Below, piece after piece: positions 12,195 to 26,625 of a stretch of DNA of 64,000 nucleotides. Under the pieces are notes generated by a model, which saw only the letters and a program-made list of their open reading frames with translations, was not told the origin of the DNA and did no database searches. The translations under genes and the position numbers were made by a program. How positions within the stretch are numbered: the first letter of the stretch is position 1; each line of letters starts with the position of its first letter. The DNA comes from Octopus vulgaris (Eukaryota): NCBI GenBank assembly GCA_951406725.2, contig OX597825.1, positions 15,314,001 to 15,378,000 of the forward strand. Direction: 5' to 3'.

Positions 12195-14373
12195 TTATAT
12201 TTATCAGATTTGGCAACAGTTTAATATGGCTAGCGCTGTGTGTTATTGATTTCTCTAAAGCGAAATAGGGAAAATCTCTTCTCTGTTATCAAAGAAGCTT
12301 AAAACATCATTTTGTCTGCAAAAAATTTACACGTATATAATTATAATCTAAACTTTAATGTCATTTTATTTTTAACCAGTTATTCCCATTTACAGCTATT
12401 TCAAAAACATCTTATTTCTGGTCTGAAAAAAAAGGTCAAAAAAGATTTCACCAAAGGTTTGTCAAGTACACATTAGGTGAAACACTTATGTCTAAAAATA
12501 ACGATATTTTACTGTAGTAATATAACAAAACAACTGATGTGGAAGTTGGAATCCTTGTGTGTCAAGAAATCAATATAGGCTGGGAAAAATAGATTGAGAA
12601 AAATATATTGAAAAGAAAAGAAATTAAATAGAATTAGGAGGAAAATGGTAGCTGTATTTAATTTATCAACTAGAAAATAAGAAGCTTGGATATATCTATT
12701 TAAGGTAACTATTTCTTTATAACGTATTCCCCACGCGATTTACAACTCATGGATTACTGCATTGTTTTAATGACATAAACTTATTTAAAACAACTTTCAC
12801 CATAGTTCATATGTTACACCTCTACTAAATAACATGAAATACATGTTTCTTATCAAAATTATATTCCACCCGAGTGCAAGGGTTTGTGTATTCTGGACCG
12901 CCTTCTACAGTACAACAATTATGTATATGGTTTTATTTTAACTGTGGTATAATTCTTGATGACTTTAGAAGCCTATATATTCTAGTGACATTTGTGTCTA
13001 TGCCCTCCTGAAGGGGATATTAGGAGGATACAACTAAAAATTAGCCTGTGTCGCCATAATTCTTCTTTCACTAAATATAGTGGAATATACATCCAGCTCT
13101 TTTAAGGAAACGTCGGGTGATTTGGGGACTAATTTTCTTAACCCTGGGAAGAGAACACTAACTAATATTACGGCTGGTTTTATTATTAAATTCAAATGGA
13201 TTATTCATAAGTCAGTCAATTTGTATTACTGAATGTCGGCCAATAATGTAAGGGTCCGAATATCATGAGCTCGTAGGTCAAAACTGAGAGTTATGGTGGG
13301 TTGTTCCTTTGGGTATGAAAATTCGTTTCATGTTGTCCACTGTACTAAATTAAAATGAAACACGTATACTGTAAAGCGATGCCTCGTGGGACAGAAACAT
13401 TCCAAATACAAGATGCCAAGCTCCATTTTTCACTTTACTCTGGATGAAACTCTCCTCTGTTTAGAGGTAAGTCTATAGGTTTTTAAAGTACATCTATGTT
13501 TCAATCATTTCTTAACCAGGAAATTAATGGCAAATTGCCCGTCATAGGAAATAAGACTTTGAATAAATTTTCCGAAAAACTAATCGTCGTTTTAAAGTAT
13601 TCCCTATACGCGTCATTAAACACAGTTAATTTCGATCAGTTTGCTATGAGGAGAATAATCCCCACCATTTCTCTATTTTTATTAAACACAATGCATTCAA
13701 CTTGACTCCGTGAAATAATACCGACGCACTTCTATTGACTTATATCCTTTCATACACCACTACATTTTGTGTAACCATCAGTTTAGACTTATATGCAAAT
13801 TTTATTAACATTTTAAATTTGGAAACGCGTTATTGGTCCAAGACTAACGGTAGCAGAGCGATGAAGGAACTCTCACAAAGAGCAGCACTAACTTCTATAA
13901 TGATACGGATGAAAATTTCCAAATTGGGAGATATCATTTAAGACGTGTGAATATTTCTGGAATATTAAAGTGTTAGATACTTTTATATAGAATATTTAAG
14001 CGTTTATTGCCACGTTGGTAGAAAATCTTACTGGAATTGAAAAATTACCGTCCTTAAATGGGGATTGACAAAATGAAGAATTCGGAAAAAGAAATATCCA
14101 GCTCTGTATCTGTAATTGCCTAAGCAAATATGCGGCAGTGAAGCAAATAATTACTAGGAAAGTAAAGAAAGAAAGCCTATTTCCATTTTGTAATAAGCTA
14201 ATTACTGTCTTGAGAATCGGAATGAAATCTTCATTTTCGTTTCGAAACTCTTCTGGCATCCTGAAGTTGCAAAGTGTGTTTCAATTAAATTGAATAACTT
14301 AAAACATTATATCCATAAGTATGCGTGTGCGCTATACATGCAGGCATATTGGTGTGTGTATATATATACATAT

Positions 14374-14419
<46 letters not shown>

Positions 14420-15529
14420 GTGTATGTGTGCGTGCATATGTGCGTGCGTATGTATTTATACACACATATATTTATATACGAATTCATATATATATATATA
14501 TATATATATAGATAGATAGATATGTATGTGTGTGTGTGTATACATATATGGCTACATACATATGATTGTATGCATTTGTCTAAGTGTGTATGTATACAAT
14601 AATGCATATATGTGTGCGAGTGTGTGTATACATACTAGTACATACATACCCACAGAGACACACATATATACGTATAATGTATGCATGTAAGTATATATGT
14701 ATAGGTGTGTGTATGCGTGTGTACATATGTGTATGTGTGTGCGCGCTCGTGTGTGTGTGTGTAGTATGCACGCACGCATTCTTCTCAGAAAGTAAAACGT
14801 GAAGATTTGGTAACATGAAGATCTCAAAATAATTAAATAGTTTAAGAAGAGAAGAAGCAAGCCTATTATTAACCAGAAATAAATGACATACGGATAATAG
14901 CAAATTGACATGTAATCGATAAGGCAAATGCAAGAAAACTGTAGGATATTATTAGACAATTGAAGAGAGATTACGCTGTGTCCGAACTGAAGCTTCAAAT
15001 ATGGAATACGGTATCATGAAGACAAAAAAATAAAAGATATAAAGATAGATAATAGAATAATTAAAAGTAAATACGTTTGGAAATCAAATTATATGAGTGC
15101 AAGAGAAATAAAACAAAAGAGGAGAGTTAGAATATAGAAGTTTAGAATGGCAAGAAAAACATCATAACATAGCATTGAATATTTCATTAGAATACATTTT
15201 ATGAGTATTTGTTCTAAAACGTAAATATTCTCTGGCCGCACAAAATATTTCTTATTTAGATCTGAAATTACGTGACTCAAAGATTGATAGTTTCGTGCTT
15301 TGCGGCTGTAGGAGTTTGATTTAATGTCCAGATGGAAATCTATGCCCTTGAGTCACATATAGAGGTTTTACGACAAAACTATATTAATGCCCAGCTTTTG
15401 CAAAATGTCTCATATGTTAATTGCTCAGAAAATGAAATTATATACTTATACGGGTATCTATGTGTATGTTCGTACATTAATATAGAGAATGTAAAAGAAT
15501 AAGACAGTATTATGCAGTGAATAATAAAT

Positions 15530-15611
<82 letters not shown>

Positions 15612-16133
15612 ATATATAGTGAAAGTAAAAAATGGAAAAAATGTTGATGAACAACAATTGACTTACATCAATTATTATTTATTTATACAATACAAATGCA
15701 CTGCGTCCCATCTAACAGCTGTTTCTGCTTCCAATGTTCCATGGTATTGCCATTGATATAATAAAATCGATCTGAAACATGTAGCCTCGTCAATGTTTCA
15801 GAGTGGTTTTATTACCAAATATGATAAATAATTTTAGCATATTCATGGCAATAACATACAAATTAAGAAGCAGAAAAAGCTCTTAGAGGGGGTGCAGTTA
15901 ATTTGTATTGAATAAGTAAACAATAATTGATCTAAGTCAATTATTGTTCATCAATGCTTCTCCCTTTTTGTTTTTCATTTAAATTTTGAAACCTGATAAA
16001 CTCTTTATCCTTGTCTTTACCTATAATTTATGAGCATATTATGCTTGCATACGCATGTCCATGATTGAGCATAGGTAATATACTGGCATCATAATGGGTA
16101 CTTTTATTCCCTTTAACATCTAACTCAGCTAAC

Positions 16134-16199
<66 letters not shown>

Positions 16200-16305
16200 T
16201 AATATGTTAACGATTTATGCCCATGGTTAAACATAGGTAATATACCGTTAGTATAAGAGATACTTTTATCCCACAGACGGTTATTTTAACCTCTAGCTTA
16301 GCTAA

Positions 16306-16351
<46 letters not shown>

Positions 16352-16352
<1 letters not shown>

Positions 16353-17210
16353 CCCTCCAGTTTCACCGTGAGCGATACATCATTTGCTCAATGTAGAGAA
16401 TATACTAAGAGTATTGCTGAAACGACCTCGATATTAGGTTCAATATTCTACCAAGGCTAAGGCGGCGAACTGGCAGAAACGTTAGCACGCCGGGCGAAAT
16501 GTGTAGCCGTATTTTGTTTGCCATTACGTTCTGAGTTCAAATTCCGCCGAGGTCGACTTTGCCTTTCATCCTTTCGGGGTCGATAAATTTAGTACCAGTT
16601 ACACACGGGGTTCGATATAATCAACTTAATCCGTTTTTCTGTCCTTGTTCGTTCCCTCCGTGTTTAGCCCCATTGTGAGTAGTAAAGAAATAGGTATTTC
16701 GTCTGTGTTTACGTTCTCAGTTCAACTTCCACCAAGGTCGAGTGTGCCTTTCAACCTTTCGGGGTCGATAAGTGAAGTCTTAGTTGCATACTGGTGTCGA
16801 TGTAATCGACTGGCCACCTCTCCCAAAATTTCAGGCATTGTGCCTAGAGTAGAAAATAATATTCAACCAAGGCTGGGACCACGAGACATATGTCCCCTAC
16901 CCAATTCAGAATCACAACGTATAAATACACTGTAACACAATTTGTTTCCTTAACAGGCTCTGCCCTATTTAACATTGTTTGGAAACAGATCAATTAGGAA
17001 AAGGACCCCATGAACTTTAGACCTAATCTGTACAAATTTCGTCAAAGAATAGCAGGTGAGCAACTTATACCAGGATACAATTCACTCCAACAAAAATGGA
17101 TCATGATACAACACAACCTGTCTTTAAAAAGATTTAGCTAATTTTATCAGGTGGTGCTATTAAGTCTGACATAGCCTAGACCAATGTTTTGTTGAAACAT
17201 ATCTATGTAA
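16352..17210 (+). mobile_element. CR1-like LINE 3' fragment interrupted by a family B SINE
   Basis: 16352-16458 and 16858-17210 are collinear with the LINE copy at 23835-24265 (CAACCAAGGCT, CAATTCAGAATCACAAC, GGCTCTGCCCTA, GTGGTGCTATTAAGT). Confidence 0.8.
16459..16857 (+). mobile_element. SINE family B, dimeric, with 17-bp target-site duplication
   Basis: Head AAGGCGGCGAACTGGCAGAAACG, B-box GAGTTCAAATTCC, core GTCGACTTTGCCTTTCATCCTTTCGGGGTCGATAAA present twice; TSD AATATTC(T/A)ACCAAGGCT at 16442-16458 and 16858-16874. Confidence 0.9.
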
Positions 17211-17223
17211 ATTATATATATAA

Positions 17224-17278
<55 letters not shown>

Positions 17279-17876
17279 TATAGATAGATAGATAGATATA
17301 GATATAGATATATAGATATGTATGTATGTAAGTAGGTATGAATGTATGTATGTATGTATGTATGTATGACGGGCTTATTTGAGTTTCTGTCTACCAAATC
17401 CACTGCCAGGGTTTTGGTCTTATATAAGATTTTTTTATAAACATAGAATGACTGTTAATGTCCATCTGAGTAAAATAGCAATCAAAAGTGGTCCACAGGC
17501 AAAAAAGTAGTAGAGAACCTATTCGAGGGACCAGCAATTTCATTTCAAGCACAGGAAACGTTCTTGCAGACTTCTGTTGAATTTGTTTTATTTGTGGGTG
17601 ATCCTTGAGAGAAACAGTGAGATAGAGAGTGAAAGAGACAGCTGTCATGATATATCAATCGTCATACATAAACAGTGATAATAGTGAAACAGTATAATTT
17701 GAGGAATTCTGAATTCTTCTTATCTGACACATATTACAGATATATACAAAGTAAAGCATCCATACAAATGTTGTCATATTTTGTTACTATAAGTCTTATC
17801 TTTCGTTTAACTAATTCAATTTGCATACATCTATATCCCGACGTATCACGTATTGACATGTATGCACACACACACG

Positions 17877-17936
<60 letters not shown>

Positions 17937-18128
17937 AATATATACACTACATGTATATATATGAGTACATATAAATATGTACACATATATATATAAGTAT
18001 TTACAAATATATATATATAAATATGTATATATTTATATTTATACTCGTTAATATTATATATTGCATATAAATATATGTATATCATATATACATATATATA
18101 GATATAAATATCTATATATTATATGATG

Positions 18129-18206
<78 letters not shown>

Positions 18207-18500
18207 TGTGTGTTCGTGTGTGTGTGGGTGGGTGGTTTTGTGGGTGACGATGATGGAAATTTTTGAAAGATACATATTGATTGCATAGATGTATACCTAT
18301 GGCAACGTTTGTCTGCGCTTGCGCATATGTCATTGAGCGTCAGTGTATGTCAGTGTCCTAGTGCGCTTGCACGTGAGTGTGGTTATGTAACTTGGTGCAT
18401 ATCTAAATTTATGTTAGTAATTATATTCGGCTGCTCGTCACTATACAATTGTGTTTGTATCTGTGTCTGTGTGTGTATGTGTGTGTGTGGTTGTGTGTCA

Positions 18501-18546
<46 letters not shown>

Positions 18547-18651
18547 ATCTCCATGCCAGCTTCGGTTAGTGTCTCCGCGTCTCTCCTTCCTTCCCTTCTT
18601 TTCTCTTTTACTCTGCCTTTCTCTATATATATGTGTATATGTACATATGTA

Positions 18652-18694
<43 letters not shown>

Positions 18695-18764
18695 AATACA
18701 GACACACACACACACACATATATATATATACAATATATATACGTATGTATATAAATATATATTG

Positions 18765-18830
<66 letters not shown>

Positions 18831-19631
18831 AGTGAATTAGTACGTTTATATGTTTGTCAGAATGTTATTCAAACCTGAGCAATGCCTAAATTAAAATGTA
18901 AGACGTAATTCAGATAGCAATCTGTTAAACGAAAATTCAAAAACCAAACCTTAAAACCTACGCATAAGCAACGAGTCATAATTCTCTGAGTATGCATAAA
19001 AAAAAAAAATATGATATATATTGACACAAATATAGCAACATCTCATTATTTGACAGATTTTCAAGGATAATTTGTTTTTTCTGTAATTTTAGTGCTGCCG
19101 ATGAATTTGAAAAAGCTATTACCGAAGGAGCATATTAGATTCCATTCAAAAGTAAAACTAATCGAATGTTTAAGAACCGTGACTCTAAAATATATCTCTT
19201 CTTAGCGTTTCAGTATCTATCTCGCATTCTGGAATACTTCTGGCTGGTGTTTTTTATTGTGTGATAAATGACTGATTAAGTCAGCTGAATCTCACACTTA
19301 CGATACGTATATATCACGGAAAATACGACCGATCGTGTTAACCTATATCTTCTAATCGTTTTTAAGCGAAGGACTACTTCATATTCCATATATCTTGATG
19401 GGATGAAAGCTAAATTTCAATAGAACATGAATTCTAAATATTCTATAGAAATGTTTGACTTATTTAGATGATATAAGATACAAAATAAATATTTTTTTTA
19501 AATGCTAGAACGATGAGTAGTAAGGAAATATATAATATTTGGAAACTATTACTTGACTTGTTCACGTTGTTTCTGAAGATTTGTATAATAATCTTAACAC
19601 GGTTGAACACGATATAATTTTGTACTCTAGG

Positions 19632-19812
19632 AACAAGGACCGACATTTTGTTGGGCAGGGCTAGTCGATTACATCGACCTTAGTACGCAACTGGTACTTA
19701 ATTTATCGACCCAGAAATTATGAAAGGCAAAGTCGACCTCTGCGGAATTTAAACTCAGAACGTAAAGACAGACGAAATACCACTAAGCATTTCTCCCGGT
19801 GTGCTAAAGTTT
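19632..19812 (-). mobile_element. SINE family B fragment
   Basis: Reverse complement of the family B core (TGAAAGGCAAAGTCGACCTC..CGGAATTT). Confidence 0.85.
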
Positions 19813-19859
19813 CTTATTTCTTTATTGCTCACAAGGGGCTAATCATGGAGGCTAATCAT

Positions 19860-20118
19860 CAAGTGACCTGATCTGTGATCATGTGCTTGAACGAAAACAA
19901 TTGCAGCGTGGAAGGTGTTTATAAGCCATTTAAGAAACACACAATAACCGTTAGATTCGCTTCAACGTGCATCACGGCATTTTGTCAGTGAACAGGTCGC
20001 GGTCTCAAAGCGACGATAATATTTTGGCAAATTAAATTTATTGTGTGTTTCTTAAATGGCTTTTAAACACCTTCCAAGCTGCAATTGTTTTCGTTCAAGC
20101 ATACGATCAGGTGACTTG
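19860..20118. mobile_element. Fold-back element with hammerhead motif; copy 2 of the 3471 family
   Basis: Arms about 19860-19945 / 20041-20118 are inverted; closely similar to 3471-3695. Confidence 0.75.
19981..20031 (+). ncRNA. Minimal type-I hammerhead ribozyme motif, G3-C8 core variant (decayed)
   Basis: UUUGUCA-GUGAACA-G-GUCGC-ggucucaaa-GCGAC-GAUA-AUAU-UU-UGGCAAA. Stem I pairs over 7 bp with one G-U; A14 appears mutated to U. Confidence 0.65.
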
Positions 20119-20535
20119 CCATGCCAGACCATGATTTCTGGGTCATCACCCTTTCTCAGCGTGAGACAATCACTGGCTGCTGAAGAAATCTTTCTCTATT
20201 CGCAAACACGATATATTCTGTAAGCGACAGACCATCGCTGATCTCGTATAGAGAAAAACTTGTTTTAAATCTCTCAGCGATCGATACACTATAACAGTAC
20301 CGAATAGGTACATACTCACATACGTATAGATTTAATAGATGCTTCTATTCATATATACACATACATAAAATACACATCCATTATTCTGTGCATTTATATG
20401 TGTATGTTTGTACGTCTGATTGTCCACGTGTATGCACATACATGTATCCATACTTAAATTTCCATCCATACTTAAATTTCTCAATCGACGTGTTTTAAAG
20501 CTGGCAATAACTCTGTTGAATTACGATCGTCTATC

Positions 20536-20602
<67 letters not shown>

Positions 20603-21636
20603 TACACACACACATACACACGTACGCAACACATATATACATAAATACATACATACATAATACATACATACATACATACATACATACATACATACATACA
20701 TACATACATACATGCATACATACGTACGTACGTACGTACATACATACATACATACGTACGTACATACATACATATTTGCGTATACATGTGTTTGAATGCT
20801 TGTATAAATGTTTGGATATTACTAAATTTCTGTTTCCATTTTTTTGTTTTGTTTTTTTTTTGTTTTTTTGTGGGGGGAAATCTCTCGATTATCAGGTTGC
20901 AATCGTCTAAGACTATATAACAGAATAATATATTTCTAGTTTGTTTTTTTTTCTCTTTTTCTCGCTTCTTAAACTGTTTATTTGCAAAACAACAACAACA
21001 ACGTCGTCATCCACCCGACCTACCTCACAAAATAATTCTAAAATGATATTTTAAACTGAAATTACTGATACCCGATACCCTTCCATCTTCAGCTGAACCA
21101 ACCTTTAACATAAACATCTGTTATAAGACGTGTTTCTTAGCAAAAATCAACCACAAAACATAATCTCTAGAGAAAAAAAAGCAACAAAATATAAACCAAT
21201 AAGAAAACAAAAAAAAACAACTAATTGTTGCCTATCTTTGGTTGATTTTATTACACACATTTATTCATCTTACTTTTATTTCATTAATCACACATCATTA
21301 TTTCTTTGGTCTAGCAGTTTCCGATTTTATTGTAGTTTTTTGTGACTGTATATAAATTTTTGTAATTTTGCCATTTATTTTTCATTTGTTTTCTAAAATC
21401 TATCCAACTTATACGATTCATTTATTGCTTTGCTAATTGCTTGTTGGATTTCAACAACGAGCTCGAAATTTAGATAGAAACAATGAAATTTAATATCCCG
21501 AATATCTCTTAAGTTATATCTTGTTTTGTTTTTCCTTCTATTAAATATCTTTAATATTTTCTTACATTCGCATTAACCGGTAAATCACGTAAGTAAATCC
21601 AATTATATCTCAAACAATGAAAATAATGTTTTATAT

Positions 21637-22318
<682 letters not shown>

Positions 22319-22991
22319 ATACACAGAGTGTACATTATCTCTATATTACTTCACACACATCTTCACCTTTTCTCTTAATATATTCAACATCAGTATCATC
22401 GCTACACCGTCAAAGCCATCATGTCTTCCACATCATTTTAAAGATTGTACCGACATCTTGTGTATTACATCCTTATAATCATCGTTGCCACATCATTATA
22501 GCATCATGTGTATCATACTCATCATCATTTGATTACACCCTCACCACAAACACTACACCAACGCCATCACCATCGTAATAACCATCGTCAACGTCAACAT
22601 CATAAATATAATCGACATCATCATCATCAGCAACATCATAACCATCATTACAATTATTAATCTCATTACGATCAGCATCATTGTCGTGCGTAGCGAACAG
22701 TCATTATTAGACTCTTATAGGAAATATTTAGAGACAAAATAAAGATAAAAGATATTGAGGATGGGCAATTACTTTGAGTGCAAAATTGTGTAACACAATT
22801 TGGAACATAAAAAAAATTAATTCATTTTTAATTGTAATCGTTATTTCAAGACTTGTTCTCGATGTCGGTTTTATAGTCAGTAACGAGAGGAAAGATTTCA
22901 ATAGTAAATGTTTGTTACCGCGATTTCGAGTTTCTTGTGACCCCTTCACCAGTCACAGAGATCAAAATGCATTACAACACTACTTCGAGCT

Positions 22992-23053
<62 letters not shown>

Positions 23054-23059
23054 ATGTGG

Positions 23060-23439
23060 AAGCACTCCGTCGGTTACGACGACGAGGTTTCCGGTTGATC
23101 CGAATCAACGGAACAGCCTGCTCGTGAAATTAACGTGTAAGTGGCTGAGCACTCCACAGACACGTGTACGCTTAACGTAGTTCTCGGGGATATTCAGCGT
23201 GACACAGAGAGTGACAAGGCCGGCCCTTTGAAATACAGGTACAATAGAAACAGGCAGTAAGAGTGAGAGAAAGTTGTGGTGAAAGAGTAAAGCAGGGATC
23301 ACCACCATCCCCTGCCGGAGCCTCGTGGAGCTTTAGGTGTTTTCGCTCAATAAACACTCACAACGCCCGGTCTGGGAATCAAAACCGCGATCCTATGACC
23401 GCGAGTCCGCTGCCCTAACCACTGGGCCATTGCGCCTCC
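23060..23439 (-). mobile_element. SINE family C (tRNA-derived), full length
   Basis: Minus-strand head GGAGGCGCAATGGCCCAGTGGTTAGG (A box) and GGTTTTGATTCCC (B-box-like); homologous copy at 27384. Confidence 0.85.
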
Positions 23440-23509
23440 GTTTATATATATGATATTATGTACGAATAGATATTCTGTTCCTTCAGAGTAACCATACACA
23501 GCGTTTCAT

Positions 23510-24268
23510 AATATCAGAGACCTAAGAGTAATTGTTGACAACAATCTCAGCCGGAGTGTTCCCATCAACTAAAAAGTCGATATAGATCGTAAGATGAGCT
23601 CCTGGATCATAAGAACCTTTCGGTCCAGTCAACAAGGTGTCTTCATGACTCTTTTCTCCCCTTTTCTCTTCCGTTATACGGCCACTCCTCGAATACTGCT
23701 GCCCTCTGTGGTCTTCTCACACAAAACAAAGTATTTAGAAAATTGAATTTACCCCAGAGGACCATCACTAAAAGAATTAAGGGCTTGACTGATCACGATT
23801 ATTAGGACCGCCTTAAAACACTGTAACATTATTTTCTCCAGTGCCAGTGTGAACGTTACAACATTTGCACAATGTGGCGAATATAACACCTGCTTTGTTA
23901 AATGACCTCAACATTAGTTTCAGTACTCAACCAAGGCTAAGACCATGGGCCATACGCCCCTTCTACAATTCAGAATCACAACACATGAATATAGAGCAAC
24001 ACAATTTCTTTTCTTCTGCTGGCTCTGCCCTACTTAACATTGTCCTGAAACAGATCATTTTTAAACGGGATCTGGACACATTTCTTCAAGGGATACTGGA
24101 TAAGCTACTTATACCTGGATGCAGTTCACTCAAGAAGACCCTCCTACTTCAATGGGCCATGATACCAGAAAACTTGACTTACAAAGGATTTAGCAAGTCC
24201 TATGTGGTGCTATTAAGTTAGACATGGCCAGGACCAATCTTTGGACGAAACATATCTAAGTTTATCCA
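23510..24268 (+). mobile_element. CR1-like LINE, 3' fragment (RT C-terminus and 3' UTR), decayed
   Basis: Degenerate peptides RDLRVIVDNNLS, LEYCCPLWS, QRTITKRI, DY*DRL and LQCQCERY match the CR1/L2-type post-RT region; 3' stem-loop GACC/GGAC before the tail. Confidence 0.8.
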
Positions 24269-24436
24269 AGGTGTATATATGTATATATATATAACATTAT
24301 TTAATTGTTTAATTATATTTTTTTAATAATTTTGTTATATATTTAAATAATATAAATTAAATAATCTTATGTATTGGCTTAAGTTTTTCATTGTATGATT
24401 TGCCTAATAGTGGTTTTGTCTCTAATTTAATATAAC

Positions 24437-24473
<37 letters not shown>

Positions 24474-24961
24474 GTGTTTGTGTGTGTGTATACGTATTTG
24501 TGTGAATATACGTATTTGTGTGTCTATTCGTATATGTATAGGAATGACAATAAGTTTGGAACACAAAACAGAGCATATGATTTTTTTTTATTAGACTAAT
24601 TACTTTTATTAGACTAATTACAGACTTGCTCGCAAGCAGTATAGTGATTATAACCCAACACAGAAAATAAAACAATAATATTTAACCAGTGATATAATTA
24701 ATCTTACGCTTTGCCATGCTTATCAACACCCGTTCTACCAAACTTTTTCTATTTCAGTTGTAGTAATATAACTTTATTATTTGCGTTTTTTTCTTGGCTT
24801 TACGATACTCACAACATTTTGAAACATTTGTTTTTACGTTGACTCAAATATTTTAATATTCTAACTATCGTGAAGACAGTGATATGTAACTAACAATGGG
24901 CAAGATATGTTATCAGGGATTTACAGTATATTTCTGTAAAAACATTATCAATGCCAAGGGC

Positions 24962-25099
24962 GTGCAGTTAAAAAGATCGCTTTGCACCTACGTTCTTTCA
25001 TATTCAGACTTAAAGCGCGGTAACCTGGCTATAACAGCCCTGGGGCGACCAAAACATTGTAAGTGAACTTGGTACATAACTCTGAAGAAGCCCGTAGTA

Positions 25100-25176
<77 letters not shown>

Positions 25177-25178
25177 AA

Positions 25179-25264
<86 letters not shown>

Positions 25265-25357
25265 CCGAGTTGAGTCGGGGTTAACCACAGTAAATAAGGT
25301 ACTCAATACATAGCAGAGTAAATTAATTTATTATATAGAAGCTCCTTCTATATAATA

Positions 25358-25394
<37 letters not shown>

Positions 25395-25675
25395 GTATGT
25401 ATGCATGTATGTATGTATGTATGTATGTATGTATGTATATATGTATGTATGTATGTGTGTATATGTTTCTCTGTGTTTGTTCCCCAACATCACTTGACAA
25501 CTGATGCTGATGTGTTTACGTCTCTGTAGCTTGGCAGTTCAGCAAAGAGACCGATAGAATAAGTACTAGGCTTACAAAGAATAAGTCCTGGGGGCCGATT
25601 TGCTCGACTAAAGGCGGTGCTCCAGTATGGCCACAGTCAAATGACTGAGACAAGTAAAAGAGTAAAAGAGTAAAA
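24962..25675 (+). mobile_element. SINE family A with expanded internal (TA)n containing a secondary insert
   Basis: Diverged 5' half to GAAGAAGCCCGT at about 25095, well-conserved 3' half from about 25465; unrelated insert at 25262-25360. Confidence 0.75.
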
Positions 25676-26464
25676 AAGTATATGTACGTGTTTCAATTTG
25701 TTAGGTTAAACACTTGAATATGTTGCCCCAGCATGGCCGCAGTCTAATGAACGAAAAGAAGATGCAAGAAAAAGTGGGCAATTCTACGTTCCTCGCATTT
25801 GAATTTCAGTTACTTTTACATATGTTGGCATTTTGTGATGTTAGTTTATATCTGAAGGATATTTCAACACGTGAATATTTACTGGCCAAATAGCTTTTAA
25901 TTGCAGATAACTTAATATTGAATTGGGTGAGATATATGCTACAGTTATCATAGAATCTTGTGCATATAACAAGCGAATTTAAAACCACTTCATCACAGTA
26001 CGAGTATCTTCTTCATGTTAAAGTTGTCTCTCATTTGAATGTCTATCTACTTGCCAAGCTATACAAATAATTGAGGATACAACAGCATAACATAAGTGGG
26101 TTCATTTGTAAGTTGTTACAAGTCTGTTACCATGCTAATCTTCATTATGACATAACGCATTTAATTTTAAAACCTTCGGTTTATGCGTGTGTGGGCACAG
26201 ACGATCGCTGTGTTTTCCTTTAACATAATGATTGCGTAATGAATTAGCCTAAACTAGCCATGTATGTTGTGAACAATTTCATATTAAAAGTTTATAGTAA
26301 AGAGAAAAATAAATGATAAGTATGAATGTGTGTATATATGCGTGAGTGTGTGAGATTTTTGTCTCTGTAAGTATATATGTGCGAGCATGCGTTTTTATGC
26401 GTGTGAGTGTATGTGTTTCTGTGTGTGTGCGTATGTAAATGTGTGGAGAGAGACGGATTAATAA

Positions 26465-26625
26465 ATAGATAGATAGATAGATTGATAGTTAGATAGATAG
26501 GTAGGTAGGTAGGTAGATAGGTAGGTAGGTAGGTACGTAGGTAGGTAGGTAGGTAGGTAGGTAGGTAGAGAGATATGGATGGATGGATGGATTGATGGGT
26601 TGATGGATGTATGGATGGATGGACT
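26465..26625. repeat. Compound (GATA)n(GGTA)n(GGAT)n microsatellite
   Basis: Direct inspection. Confidence 0.9.

Noticed and set aside
13377-13466. Candidate 90-nt exon ending at AG|GTAAGT
   Set aside because: Weak acceptor, no recognisable peptide, and no neighbouring compatible exon identified.
24217-24259. Hammerhead-like shape at the CR1-like LINE 3' end (GACC..GGAC-GAAA)
   Set aside because: The core ATGGCCA lacks A6 and a 3:8 pair; better explained as the LINE 3' stem-loop.
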